DNA from: Heterodontus francisci
Lineage: Eukaryota
Direction: 5' to 3'
Assembly (NCBI RefSeq): GCF_036365525.1
Contig: NC_090404.1
Span: 18,111,134-18,175,133, forward strand
DNA: 64,000 bases
In this document: in pieces, positions 12,620-24,996 of the stretch
How positions within the stretch are numbered: position 1 is the first letter of the stretch
Layout of the letters: the number at the start of each line of letters is the position of its first letter
The notes under the pieces: generated by a model
The model's input: the letters and a program-made list of their open reading frames with translations, nothing else
Databases searched by the model: none
What the model was told of the DNA's origin: nothing
Translations under genes and position numbers: made by a program

Positions 12620-13695
12620 TTATGGAATTGGCTGAGTGACAGGAAACAAAGAGTAGTGGTGAAGAGATGTTTTTCAGGCTGGAGGAAGGTTTGTAGTGGA
12701 GAACCCCAGAGGTCAGTGTTGGGACCTTTGCTTTTCCTGATATATATTAATGGTCTAGACCTTGGTGTACAGGACACAATTTAAAAGTTTGCAGATGATA
12801 TGAAACTTGGAAGCATTGAGAACTGAGGAGGCTAGTGTAGAATTCAAAAAGGACACAGACAAGTTGGTGGAATGGGCCGACAGGTGTCAGATGAAGCTCA
12901 ATGCAGAGGTGAGAAGTGATTCATTTTGGTAGGAAGAACATGGAGACACAGTATAAAATAAAGGCAACAATTCTAAAGGGGGTGCAGGAGCAGAGGGACC
13001 TGGGTGTATACGTGCATAAGTCATTGACGGTGTTAGGATAGGGTGAGAGAGCAGTTAATAAAGTATACAGCATCCTCGGCTTTATTAACAGAGGAATAGT
13101 GGACAAGAGCAAGGAAGATATGTTGAAGTTGTGGATGACACTAGTTTGACCTCAGCTGGTGTATTGCGTCCAGTTCTGGGTGCCGCACTTTCAGAAAGAC
13201 GTGTGGGCATACGGAAAAACATTTACAAATGGTTCCAAGTATTAGGAACTTCAGTTATGAAGACAGATTTAAGAAGTTAAGACTGTTTTCCTTGGAGAAG
13301 AGAAGGCTGAGAGGTGATTTGAAAGAGGTATTCAAAATAATGAGGGGTCTGGACAGAGTAGATCGAGAGAAACTCTTCCCACTGGTGAAAGGATCGAGAA
13401 CCAGAGGGCACAGATTTACAGTATTTGGGAAGAGAAGCAAAAGTGACATGAGGGAAAACTTTTTCATGTAGCTCGTGGTTAAGGTCTGGAATGTGCTGCC
13501 TGAGAGTGCGGTGGAGGCAGGTTCAGTGAAAGCATTCAAAAGGGAAATAGACTGTTGTTTGGAAAGGAAGAATGTGCAAGGTTATGGGGAGAAGATGGGG
13601 GAATGGAACTGAATGCATTGCTCTTTCGGAGAGCAGGTACGGACACAATGGGACGAATGGCCTCCTCCTGCACTGGAACAATTCTGTGATTCTGC
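12620..13695 (+). mobile_element. Old CR1 LINE 3' fragment (host B)
   Basis: NWLSDRKQRVVV, SVLGPLLFLIYIN, KFADD, LFSLEKRRLRGD; ends in a TTCTGTGATTCTG tail. Confidence 0.88.
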
Positions 13696-13696
13696 A

Positions 13697-14070
13697 AGCC
13701 CGCCGCCCTCTCCCCCGCGACCACCTCCCCCTCGGATTCAGACCGGTCTGGTCGCGCATGCTCACCTCACACCGCCCGCCAGGCTGATGGACATCAGTTC
13801 CGGACCAATTGGAAGAGCCGTGGGGGGGGGGGCGGGGCTGGATGCCAGCTCGGGCCACGGGTCCTCCAAGGAATCGGAGCTTGCGAGGGGGCGGGGCCTC
13901 GGAAATGTCCCGCCCCACTCGCGCTCTTGGTCGGCAAAGGCCGTCATAGACACGGAAATTGCGTTCTCAGGTCAGAGATCAAGAGACTTGTGCGCAGACT
14001 CGTTTTCCTCCTGGGCTGTTTTACTGGAGTCGTGTTGCTGAGTGTGTCTAAACTCTGTCTCCCTATCCCG
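13697..14070 (+). promoter_or_regulatory. CpG-island promoter and non-coding exon 1 of ZF copy 2
   Basis: CpG-rich; GCGCATGC (NRF1-like), CCAATTGG, GGGGCGGGG GC boxes, CGGAAAT (ETS-like). Candidate donor CCG|GTAATG at 14071; conserved in all units. Confidence 0.7.
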
Positions 14071-14182
14071 GTAATGTCGGTGGATTGGAGGTTGCTGTGA
14101 GTGTTGGACTATGTTGCCTTTCCTCATTCTTCCTCCTTCTCCCACTCCGAGTTCCAGGCTGCAGGCTCTGGTGGCTCAATGC

Positions 14183-14305
14183 ACCTGTAACGTTAACCCT
14201 GTTTCTCTCTCCACAGATGCTGCCTGACCTGCTGAGCATTTCCAGCATTTCCTCCTTTTAATTTCAGATTTTCAGCATCCCCAATATTTTGGTTTTATTT
14301 TATTG
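14183..14305. mobile_element. Short interspersed-repeat fragment resembling a Penelope-like terminal repeat (also ~32604, ~44736, ~56548)
   Basis: ACGTTAAC..TTTCTCTCTCCACAGATGCTGCCTGACCTGCTGAG..TTTCCAGCATT motif. Family assignment is from recollection, not a search. Confidence 0.45.
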
Positions 14306-14640
14306 CAAGTGTTGCTCACAGAACTGAGTCAAGAAACACAGACGGACCAGTTAAGAGCTGGTGTTTATTGGGAGTGGGAGTTGGATGTGGCATTTGCTCT
14401 CTAACCTCCTGTGTTGGTCTTTTTTGTTGCATCAGTTTGATCTGGAGTGGAGATGGAGGAGAAGCAGCTTTAATCCCGAGAACTTGTGAGCCCAGTCGGG
14501 CCCAACAGTTTCCAATGTGAGACGGTCAAGGGTGGGGAGGCCGCTCAATAAACACCAACCACTCAATGTGAAAGAGTATTGTTTCAGTAACAAGTATTTC
14601 TGTGGAGGCTTTTAAGCCATTTTACATATACAGAAGTTGT

Positions 14641-15776
14641 TCCTTCATTCTTGGGAGATGGCCGTCACTAGCCAGACCAGCATATATTGCCAGTCCCGTG
14701 CTGTCCATCGAGATGGTGATGGTGGGCCTTCTTCTTAAACCGCTGCAGTCCGTGTGGTGAAGGTGCTCCCACAGTGGTGTTTGGGAAGGAGTTACAGGAT
14801 TTTCACCCAGTGATGGAGAAGGAATGGTGATATATGTCCAAGTTAACATCAACCTGTATTTATATAGCACCTTTAATGTAATAAAATGTACCAGAGCATT
14901 TCATAGGAGTGTTATAAAGCAACATTTGACACTGAGCCACATAAGATATTCGGGCAGATGATCAAAACCTTGATCAAAGAGATGTGTTATAATCAGTGTC
15001 TGAATCACGGAAGGTGAGGTAGAGAGGATTAGGGAGGGATTTCCAAAACTTATGGCCTTGGCAGCTGAAGTCACGGCCACCTGTGATGGAGGAATGAAAA
15101 GCAGGGATGTTCAAGGTGTCAGAATTAGATGAGCCCTGATCTCTCGGAGGGTTGTAGGTCTGGAGGAGATTATAGAGATAGTGAGGGGTGAGGGAATGGA
15201 GGGATTTGAAAGCAAGGATGAGGATATTGAAATTGAGGTGCTGCTTAACTGGGAGCCTGTGTAGGCCAGTGAGCACAGTGGTGATGTGTGAACAGGACTG
15301 GGTTCGAGTAAGGACACAGACAGCAGAGTTTTGGATGATCTCAAGCTGACAGAGTAGAATGTGGGAGGCCGGCCAGGAGTGTGTTAGAATAGTCAAGTTG
15401 AGAGGAAAGAAATACATGGATGTAAGTTTCAGAGGTAGATGAGCTGAGACAGTGGTGATGTTACTGAGGTGGAAATAGGTGGTCTGAGTGATGGCACCGA
15501 TTTGCAGTCGGAATTTCATCTCGGGGTCAAATATGACTAAGGTTATGAGCAGTCTGGTTTAGCCTCAGACAGTTTCCAGGGAGAGGGATAGAGTTGGTGA
15601 CTAGAGACAGGAATTTGCAGCAGGAGCTCAAGACAATGGCTTCAGACTTCCAATATTTAATTGGAGGTAATTTCTGTTCATCCAGTACTGGATGTCAGAC
15701 AAGTCAGGATGCTGTGTGACTTGGAGGGCAACGTGGAGGTGATGGTGTTCACATACACCTGATACCCTGGTCCTTC
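14641..15776 (-). mobile_element. LINE 3'-end fragment split by the L2 insertion (present in each intron)
   Basis: ...TATATGTCCAAGT resumes as CAAGTCAGGATG... after the L2, with CAAGT on both sides. Confidence 0.55.
14844..15699 (-). mobile_element. L2-clade LINE 3' fragment (intronic, antisense)
   Basis: LSDIQYWMNRNYLQLNIGKSEA, LTGLHRLPVKQHLNFNILILAFKSLH, GGRDFS..GHKFWKSLP; tail GTGCTATATAAATACAGGTTG. Confidence 0.85.
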
Positions 15777-16116
15777 TGGATGATGGAAGTTGAGGGTTTG
15801 GGAGGTTCTGTCAAAGTTCTGGTCGAGTTGTACATATATGAAATACCTCTCCTCTCCCTGCCCCTCCTCCTCCCTCTCTTTCCTCCCAAAGAGAGCAGAG
15901 TCTTGTGTAGGTCCAGACTGGGTGGGAACTTCCCTTCCCTGAAGGACATTAATGAACCAGTTGGGTTGTACATCAATCCAGCAGCTTTCATGGTCACTTT
16001 TTCTCGTACTGCCCCCAAAAATTACCAGATTCATTCAGCTCCATTTCACACACTGCCTTTGTGTTTTTGTGAGTTCTGTCACAATTTTTTTTTCTGTTTT
16101 TAAATCAATTTCACAG

Positions 16117-18422
16117 GGTTTTCGAAGGGGAGGAATTGCAGCCGTGAAATGCAAAGCAAACATCTGATCGGGATCTGAAGTCGTTGCCCAATTTAGCGTA
16201 ACCCGAAAACCACTGGATTTTGAACGTGTTAGGAAAAAGCACTGATCACAGTGGGGAGAAACTGTACACGTGTTCTGTGTGTGGCCAAGGTTTTAGCCGA
16301 TCATCTGGCCTGTCGAAACACAAGTGTAGTCACACTGGGAAGAAACCATGTAAATATGGGGACTGTGGGAAGGGATTGAAGTATCCAGTTGAGCTGGAAA
16401 CTCATTCACGTAGTCGCACCCTGGAGAGTCCGTTCACCTACTCCGAGTGTGGGAAGGGATTCACTCAATCATCCAACCTGCTGGCACATCAACGGGTTCA
16501 CGCTGACAAGAGACATTTTAAATGTCTAGACTGTGGGAATTGCTATTCAGGTTTTGCGGAATTGATGTCCCATCAACGTGTTCACACTGACGAGACCATT
16601 CAGGTCCACTCACTGCGGGACTGGGTTCAGGCAATCCTCTGATCTCACTGTACACCAACATATTCACACTGGGGAGAGGCCGTTCACCTGCTCTGAGTGT
16701 GGGAAAAGATTCACTCAGTCATCAAACCTGCTGACACACCGGCGAGTTCACACTGGGGAGAGGTCATTCTCCTGCTCTGAGTGTGGGAAAGGATTCGCTC
16801 AGTTATCCACCATGCTGACACACCAGCGAGTTCACACTGGGGAGAGGCCATTCACCTGCTTTGAGTGTGGGAAAGGATTCACTCAGTCATCAAACCTGCT
16901 GATACACCAGCGAGTGCACACTGGGGAGAGGCCGTTCACCTGCTCTGAATGCGGGAAGGGATTCACTCGGTCCTTCGACCTTCTGACACACCAGCGAGTT
17001 CACACTGGGGAGAGGCCGTTCACCTGCTCAGAGTGTGGAAAGGGATTCAAAACTTCATCTAACCTGCTGGCACACCAGCGAGTTCACATTGGGGAGAAGC
17101 CGTTTCCCTGCTCAGAGTGTGGGAAGGAATTCAAAACTTCATCCAACCGGCTGAGACACCAGCGAATTCACGTTGGGGAGAGGCCGTTCACCTGCTCAGA
17201 GTGTGGGAAGGGATTCAAAACTTCATCGAACCTGCTGTCACACCAGCGAGTTCACATTGGGGAGAGGCCGTTCACCTGCTCAGAGTGTGGGAAGGGATTC
17301 AAAACTTCATCGAACCTGCTGTCACACCAGCGAGTTCACACTGGGGAGAGGCCGTTCACCTGCTCAGAGTGTGGGAAGGGATTCAAAGCTTCATCCCAGC
17401 TGCAAAGACACCAGCGAGTTCACACTGAGGAGAGGCCATTCACCTGCTCTGAGTGTGGGAAGGGATTCAAAACTTCATCCGAGCTGCAAAGACACCAGCG
17501 AGTTCACACTGGGGAGAGGCCATGCACCTGCTCAGAGTGTGGGAAGGGTTTCAAAGCTTCATCCATCCTTCTGGCACACCAGCGAGTTCACACTGGGGAG
17601 AGGCCATTCTCCTGCTCTAAGTGTGGGAAAGGATTCACTCGGTCATCCCACCTGCTGAAACACCAGCGAGCACACACTGGGGAGAGGCCATTCACCTGTT
17701 TGGTGTGTGGCAAGGAATTCGAAACTTCATCCGATCTGCTGAGACACCAGCGAGTGCACACTGGGGAGAGGCCGTTCACCTGCTCTGCATGTGGGGAGGG
17801 ATTCAAAACTTCATCCCACCTGCTGATACACCAGCAAGTTCACACTGGGGAGAGGCCGTTCACCTGCTCAGAGTGTGGAAAGGGATTCAAAAGTTCATCT
17901 AACCTGCTGAGACACCAGCGAGTTCACATTGGGGAGAGGCTGTTCACCTGCTCAGAGTGTGGAAAGGGATTCAAAACTTCATCTAGCCTGTTGTCACACC
18001 AGCGAGTTCACACTGGGGAGAGGCCATTCACCTGCTCTGAGTGTGGGAAGGGATTCACTCGGTCATCCCACCTGCTGAGACATCAGCGAGTTCACACTGG
18101 GGAGAGGCCATTCACCTGCTCTGAGTGTGGGAAGGGATTCACTCGGTCATCCCACCTGCTGACACACCAGCAAGTACACACTGGGGAGAAGCCATTCACC
18201 TGTTCGGTGTGTGGCAAGGAATTCAAAACTTCATCCGAACAGCTGACACACCAGCGAGTTCACACTGGGGAGAGGCCGTTCACCTGCTCAGAGTGTGGGA
18301 AAGGATTCACTAAGTCATCAAACCTGCTGATACACCAACGAGTACACACTGGGGAGAGGCCGTTCACCTGCTCAGAGTGTGGGAAGGGATTCCCTCAGTC
18401 CTCCAGTCTTCTGACACACTAG
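16117..18422 (+). pseudogene. C2H2 zinc-finger array gene, copy 2 (21 core fingers; frameshift ~16592; TAG in last finger)
   Basis: ORFs 16220-16642 and 16578-18422 are offset by a 2-bp deletion. CAG>TAG at 18420 removes the last His. In-frame CCACCATG at 16812 could start a shorter protein. Confidence 0.8.
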
Positions 18423-18836
18423 CAAGTTCACAAGTAGATCGGGGATGTGAAGTTTCTGCCAAATGGCGGATTTCCAACATTGGGGTTTCGGAAATCATCT
18501 AATGGTTTCTCCCTTTCCAACCTTTACTGCTGATAGTTCTGATTTTCTTTAATGCCGGTACAACCACAAACCATTTCTAAGTCGTCTTTGTTTTTTATTT
18601 TCTTCCACCTCGGTGGAAATGAGCTTCAACCAGGAAAGCAAGTGTTTGAAACTGCATACTCCTTCACAACTTCAGTGTGTCAGTCTTCTGTAAATGGCAA
18701 AACAGGAGGTGTGTGTATACTCAGAGCAGTCGTGGGGAAGGTGTTAGAATCGATCATTCAGGAGGCTCTAACTGGTCACTTATAAAAACTCAATGTAATC
18801 GGGAATAGTCAGCACAGTTTTGTGAAAGAGAGATCA

Positions 18837-20066
18837 CTTCAACATAGCGGCGCCTCATCAGACCCCTTTCCTATCCTGAGTAGCGTGAAACAGGACTATG
18901 TTATCGCACCCACATTTTTGGGATTTTCTTCTCCCTGCTGCTCTCACATGCGTTCAAGTCTTCTGAAGAAGGAATTTTCCTCCACACAAGATCAGGGGGC
19001 AGGTTGTTAAACCTTGCCTGTCTAAGAGCGAAGTTCAAAGTACGGAAAGTCCTCATCAGGGAACTCCTCTTTGCTGACGATGCTGCTTTAACATCTCACA
19101 CTGAAGAGTGCCTGCAGAGTCTCATCGACAGGTTTGCGGCTGCCTGCAATGAATTTGGCCGAACCATCAGCCTCAAGAAAAGGAACATCATGGGACAGGA
19201 CGTCAGAAATGCTCCATCCATCAATATTGGCGACCACGCTCTGGAAGTGGTTCAAGAGTTCACCTACCTAGGCTCAACTATCACCAGTAACCTGTCTCTC
19301 GATGCAGAAATCAACAAGCGCATGGGAAAGGCTTCCACTGCTATGTCCAGACTGGCCACGAGAGTGTGGGAAAATGGCGCACTGACGTGGAGCACAAAAG
19401 TCCGAGTGTATCAACCCTGTGTCCTCAGTACCTTGCTCTATGGCAGCGAGGCCTGGACAACGTATGTCAACCAAGAGCGACGTCTCGTTTCATTCCATCT
19501 TCGCTGCCTCCGGAGAATACTTGGCGTCAGGTGGCAGGACCGTATCTCCAACACAGAAGTCCTCGAGGCGGCCAACATCCCCAGCATATACACCCTACTG
19601 AGTCAGCGGCGCTTGAGATGGCTTGGCCATGTGAGCCGCATGGAAGATGGCAGGATCCCCAAACACACATTGTATAGCGAGCTCGCCACTGGTATCAGAC
19701 CCACCGGCCGTCCATGTCTCCGCTTTAAAGACGTCTGCAAACGCGACGTGAAGTCCTGTGACATTGATCACAAGTCGTGGGAGTCAGTTGCCAGCGTTCG
19801 CCAGAGCTGGTGGGCAGCCATAAAGGTGGGGCTAAAGTATGGCGAGTTGAAGAGACATAGCAGTTGGCAGGAAAAAAGACAAAAGCGCAAGGAGAGAGCC
19901 AACTGTGTAACAGCTCCGACAAACAAATTTTTCTGCAGCACCTGTGGAAGAGCCTGTCACTCCAGAATTGGCCTTTGTAGCCACTCCAGGCGCTGCTCCA
20001 CACACCACTGACCACCTCCAGGTGCTTACCCATTGTCTCTCGAGATAAGGAGGCCAAAGAAAGAAA
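18837..20066 (+). mobile_element. 5'-truncated RTE LINE, unit 2
   Basis: Same junctions as 2604-3834; 335-aa RT ORF 19004-20011. Confidence 0.93.
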
Positions 20067-20459
20067 GAAATCATGTTTAACCAATTTACTGGAGTTCTTT
20101 GAAGGAGTAACATGTGCTGTGGATAAAGGGGAGCCCGTTAACGACTGTACTTGGATTTCCAGAAGGCATTTGACAAGGTGCCACATAAAAGGTTATTGCA
20201 CAAAGTAGAAACTCATGGTGTAGTGGGGTAACACATTAGCATGAATAGAAGATTGGCTGGCAGAAAACAGAGTATACATAAATGGGTCCTTTTCTGATTG
20301 GCAGGATTTGACGAGTGGAGTCCTGCTGGGGCCTCAACTTTTTCCAATTTATATCAATGACTGAGATAGGGGGAGTGTAGGCATGGTAGCTAAATTGGCA
20401 GATGACACAAAGATAGGTAGGAAAATATGTTGTGAAGAGGACATAAGGAGGTTGCAGAC

Positions 20460-21069
20460 CGTGAGAACAGAATTTTCAAGAACAGAATAATATGGGGACA
20501 TTTAAGATGAAATAATTAATCATGTATTACTAACAAACTAACTTCGGAGCTGCACAGACAGCTTATCAGTAATGACTTCATAGCTTTAGAGCTTCAGCAG
20601 ACAGCTTATCAGAAATTAATAGTAGCCTATTCAGTGCTGTCGGGACAGCTTATCAGTACAAATAGACTAACCAGCTAAAACCTAGCAGGACAGCTGCAGC
20701 TGTTGAAGACTAACCCTTTGTATGACAATCAGCCCAACGTTCCCAGGAGATAGGGGAATAAGAAACTGCTTGAGGAGAGGGCGACAAGGCAGTGCCCCAA
20801 TCAGGCCCTGACACCAAGAAACTGCAAAGTTTGTGAACCAATTGGGAACATAAAGGGGGTGTCACTAATTTGTAAGAAGAACTATAAGAAAGGCTTGAAT
20901 TCCCTCCTCCAGCACGGAGGAAGAGGGAGGAGAGCCCAGGTGTTGTTGTTGTTCGCTTTGCTGATGATGTAACCACTAAGTACCACAATAAAGTTTCTTA
21001 TAGCTACAGTCGGACTTCGTCTCTTTTTGGTGTAACCAATGAGAACATAAAAAAAACTGAGATCCAACA
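20460..21069 (+). mobile_element. ERV solo LTR, unit 2
   Basis: CAGAC TSD on both sides; AATAAA at 20987. Confidence 0.92.
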
Positions 21070-24000
21070 CAGACCAATATATATAGGTTGAGTGAGTGGG
21101 CAAAATCTGGCAGATGGAGTATAATGTGGGAAATGTGAAGTTGTTCACTTTGGCAAGAGGAATAAAAAAGCAGAGTATTACTTAAATAGAGAGGGCTCTA
21201 TGTATTTTAGTGCATGAGTCACAAAAAGTAATAAAGAAGGTGAATGGAACGCTACCCCTGATTGAGAGGAATTGAAAATAAAAGTAAGGATGTTATGCTT
21301 CAGTTATACAGGGCATTGGTGAGACCACATCTCAAATACTGTGTGCAGTTTTGGTATCCTTACTTAAGAAAGGATGTAAATGTGTTAAAGGAGGTTTAGA
21401 GGAGGTTTACTGGATTGATACCTGGAATGAGCTTGTTGTCTTATGAGGAAAGGTTGGACAGACTGGGCTTGTTTTCACTGGAGTTTAGAAGAGTGAGGGA
21501 GACTTAACTGAAGTATATAAGATCCTGAATGGTTTTGACAAGGTGGATGTGGAAAGGATGTTTTCTCGTGTGGGTGAGTCCAGAACTAGGGGACACTGTT
21601 TTAAAATTAGGGGTCGCCCTTTTAGGACAGAGATGAGGAGAGATTTTGTCTCTCAGGGTTTGGGCAAACATGGAACTCTCTGCCTCAGAATTTGGTTGAG
21701 GCCGGGTCATTGAATATGTTTAAAGCCGGGGTAGATAGATTCTTGTTAGGCAAGGGAATTGAAGGTTATCGAGGGTAGATGGGAGTTTGGAATTCGATAC
21801 ACAAACAGATCAGCCACGATCTTATTGAATGGCAGAGCAGGCTAGAGGGGCAGAATGGCCAACTTCTGCTCCTAATTCGTATGTTCATTTGTATGACCAA
21901 TTCCGAGTGTTTGTTTTTGCCTTCGTGGGATATCTTAGCAGAGACTACTTGAGAACTGACACAGCTCATTTGACATGGTTTAAAATTAATGGTGCAGGAT
22001 CAGTAGCTGGCAAGTCCCTGGTCTGCAGCAAAAACATTGGTCTGTCAATCGGAGTTTGAAACTTGCTTCCATTTACACAGCAGTGTGTGTTTGAAGTAAT
22101 TTCTGAAAACCCTGCACAAACTGATTACTGTATGTGAATATCCTGCAGTGAGCATGAGCTGTATAAACTGAATATATCCTGTGCTTTGCAGCAATTGAAG
22201 TGATCTGGAATTTCCACTTATCGGTTTGCTCAGGTGTATGGCTGAATTCCATTCATTGTTCATCTCCACTTTCACTGTCTACTGCTCCAGTCACACTGTA
22301 AACCTTGAGTCAGTGTGAAGCTGTCTTTTGCACCATACTGATGCAAGGCAAGGAGTATAACTCTGGCCATCTTTCTTCAAGGCAGCTAAAATGGCCAACT
22401 GAGACCTGGTCCCTTTTAATACAAAGCAAGCTAACTGGAAAAGCACTTGAGGTTTATTCCTTGTTTCCAGGTGGGAGTTCATCAAGTTATGAACTGACCA
22501 AAAATGCTATCCTCGGGCATATGAATTTAGTACCCAAAGCCTGCCGCCAAAAGTTTAGAACCCTCAAAAAGCAAGCTAATCAAACTTATCTGGAGGTAAG
22601 CAGCTGGCTTTTGACCAGTGGCTGAGGGCTCTTAAAATACAGCTCAGCTATGAGACTCTGAGGAGTAATTCTGTTAGAGGAATTTAAAAACTCTCTCCCA
22701 CTCTCAATAAAGACCCATGTAGAGGAGCAGTGGGTTCAGGGAGCCCGGCAAGCGGCCGTTCTGGTTGATGAGTTTTCTTTAATATGTAAGTCCGTTTCCC
22801 AGGGGAGAACCTTTCCTAATCACCTCCACAAATCCAAAAAGGACAAAGGGTGGGAAGGTGATCTCCGCCCAGCCAATCCTGAGAGAGAAAGGAAAGCAGG
22901 AGACACAGGGGGCCCTCCTCCAGCCAAGAGGGAAGGTGCTGTGAGCAAGAGTGAGACCTGGAGACCTGTGTGATTCCATTGTAATAAAGCAGGGCATTTA
23001 AAAGCTGACTGCTGGAAACTAAAGGGGAAACCAATATGTTTAATCAGGGCACACCTGCTCAGTGAAGACAGGGACCTGATGCAAAGCACAGCAGAACAAG
23101 CTGTGGCTTTAACTACAGTAAGAGTCAGACCCAGGAAGCTTACTACGGCCAGTGCAGGAAAAGCTAATAGGATTCCTGAAGGTTATCAGAGTTTTGTGTC
23201 TGAAGGGAAAGTAACCCCATACCCCTTGAGTGGGGCAAGCAAGCCCATAGTGATTCTTTGGGACCACGAGATCCCTTCTTAGGGACACAGGGGCCACTTG
23301 ATCTCTTTTACTGGGAAAAGGCCTGACCTTTCCCCCAGAGCGTGCAGTGAACACCAAAATGGTGGTGAATGGTATTGGAGGTCAGTGTATGCCTGTACCT
23401 GTACACCGGGTGCACTTGGAGTGTGACCTAGTTTCGGGATCGGTGACCGTAGGGATTGTCCCTAGTTTGCCTGTGGACAGGGTTGACCTGCTCCAAGGTA
23501 ACGGTCTGTTGGCGGTGAAGGTGGTAGTCCCCCAGACGTGAAAGAAAGACCGCAGGAGGTCAGAGAGACAGGGCTGTGGCAGGAGACGGTTCCCTGCAGT
23601 TTCCCTAAATGTGTAGTGGATCAGGCCATGAGCAAACCAGTTCCTGCAGAGGAGACTGCAATGGCACTGTGTGCAAATGAGCTCGAGGTCTGCCTGTCCG
23701 AGACTTTCTTTGGAAAGTTAGGAGACCCAGGGAATGAATTAAATGGATTTTCCCGAGGTGAGGCTCAGCGAGCCGACCCAGTATTGCGAGAGTTAGCACG
23801 CTGCCCAGTCTGAAAGTGAAGCAGAGGGAGTCCCTGATTGCTACTATTTAAAAATAAGGTACTGATGAGGAAATGGAATTCTCCTCACAGACCTGAGGGA
23901 AAAGAGTGGACAGTAGTTCATCAGTTCATTGTGCTACAGAGGGACCAGGGAGAAATATTGAGAAGGGCCCATGTGACTGAACATGCCGGTATATGAAAGA

Positions 24001-24996
24001 CCAAATCCCACATAAGACAGTAGTTTGACTGGCCAAAACTCCACAAAGATGTGGTGGAGTACTGCAGGATTTGCTACATGTGCCAGGTTGAGGAGAAACA
24101 CCAACCTACAGTGAAACCTCCTCAGTCCTGTACCGGTGATAGGAGGACCCTCCAGCCAAGGCCTGGTGAACTGTACAGGATCCATGCTGAGAACAAAAGG
24201 GGACAAGCAGGCACATGGCTGGCATAGATTTGGAAAGAGAAGGGGAAAACGTGACCAAGAGGGCAGGTTAAAGAAAGTCCGGGAGGAATCCGGATAAAAA
24301 CCCCTACTGTGTGGTCAGCCAACCACAAAAAATTTGGAAAGTTAGACCCCGCCTCTCAGTGGCACAGATACATGAGGGTGATGCCTCACCTAGTCGAAGT
24401 GCCAAGGGAGAGTGCAGTCGAGTCTGCACACATAGCTGCAGGTAGGAGTGTCCCAGAGAACAGAGGGGAGATTAACAAAGAATCCTCCCCCACAGTCAGA
24501 GGAAAAGTGCACCACCTATCCCCTGAAGGCAAAAGGCTTTGCATGATTCAGCAAACCACTGAGAGAGAGTTCAGGATAGACCCACCCACCACTAACTCTT
24601 GGGGGAAAAAAATGACCCGAAAAGGAACAAAACCTGAGGCAGTCATGGCAATGGGCAAACTGAAGAAAAGCTTCCCCTGAAAGAACTACCTGGTTACTGG
24701 GATGCCAAAAAAGGGGACATTAAAGCAACACCGGCACCCAGAAAAGACAATTCTAATTGGCTTTAAGATTGCTGAAGGAATGGAAATGAATGAGAGAAAT
24801 GTATCTTATATTTCTCTCAAAATTGTAATGAAATGTGCCATTTTTTTTTCAAATCGCATTTCATTCCCCTGGGTGTGGAGGTGTCATAGAACATAGAACA
24901 TAGAACATAGAAAATACAGCACAGAACAGGCCCTTCGGCCCACGATGTTGTGCCGATCCTTTGTCCTCTGTCAAGGACAATTTAATCTATACCCCA

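Larger units (their letters stand above)
14071..16116 (+). other. Predicted intron 1 of ZF copy 2
   Basis: GT at 14071; strong acceptor TTTTTTTTTCTGTTTTTAAATCAATTTCACAG ending at 16116. Homologous acceptors end at 34544, 46672 and 58483. Confidence 0.6.
18727..21895 (+). mobile_element. CR1 host A, unit 2
   Basis: Paralogous to 2494-8773. Confidence 0.85.

Noticed and set aside
14150-14305. Possible hammerhead ribozyme in the Penelope-like fragment
   Set aside because: The CTGATGA core is absent and GAAAC is altered; the fragment is truncated.
14063-16167. KRAB or other effector exon in the intron
   Set aside because: No recognisable KRAB, SCAN, BTB or SET motif; the ORFs there map to L2/LINE fragments. 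An HMM search would be needed to exclude a divergent domain fully.
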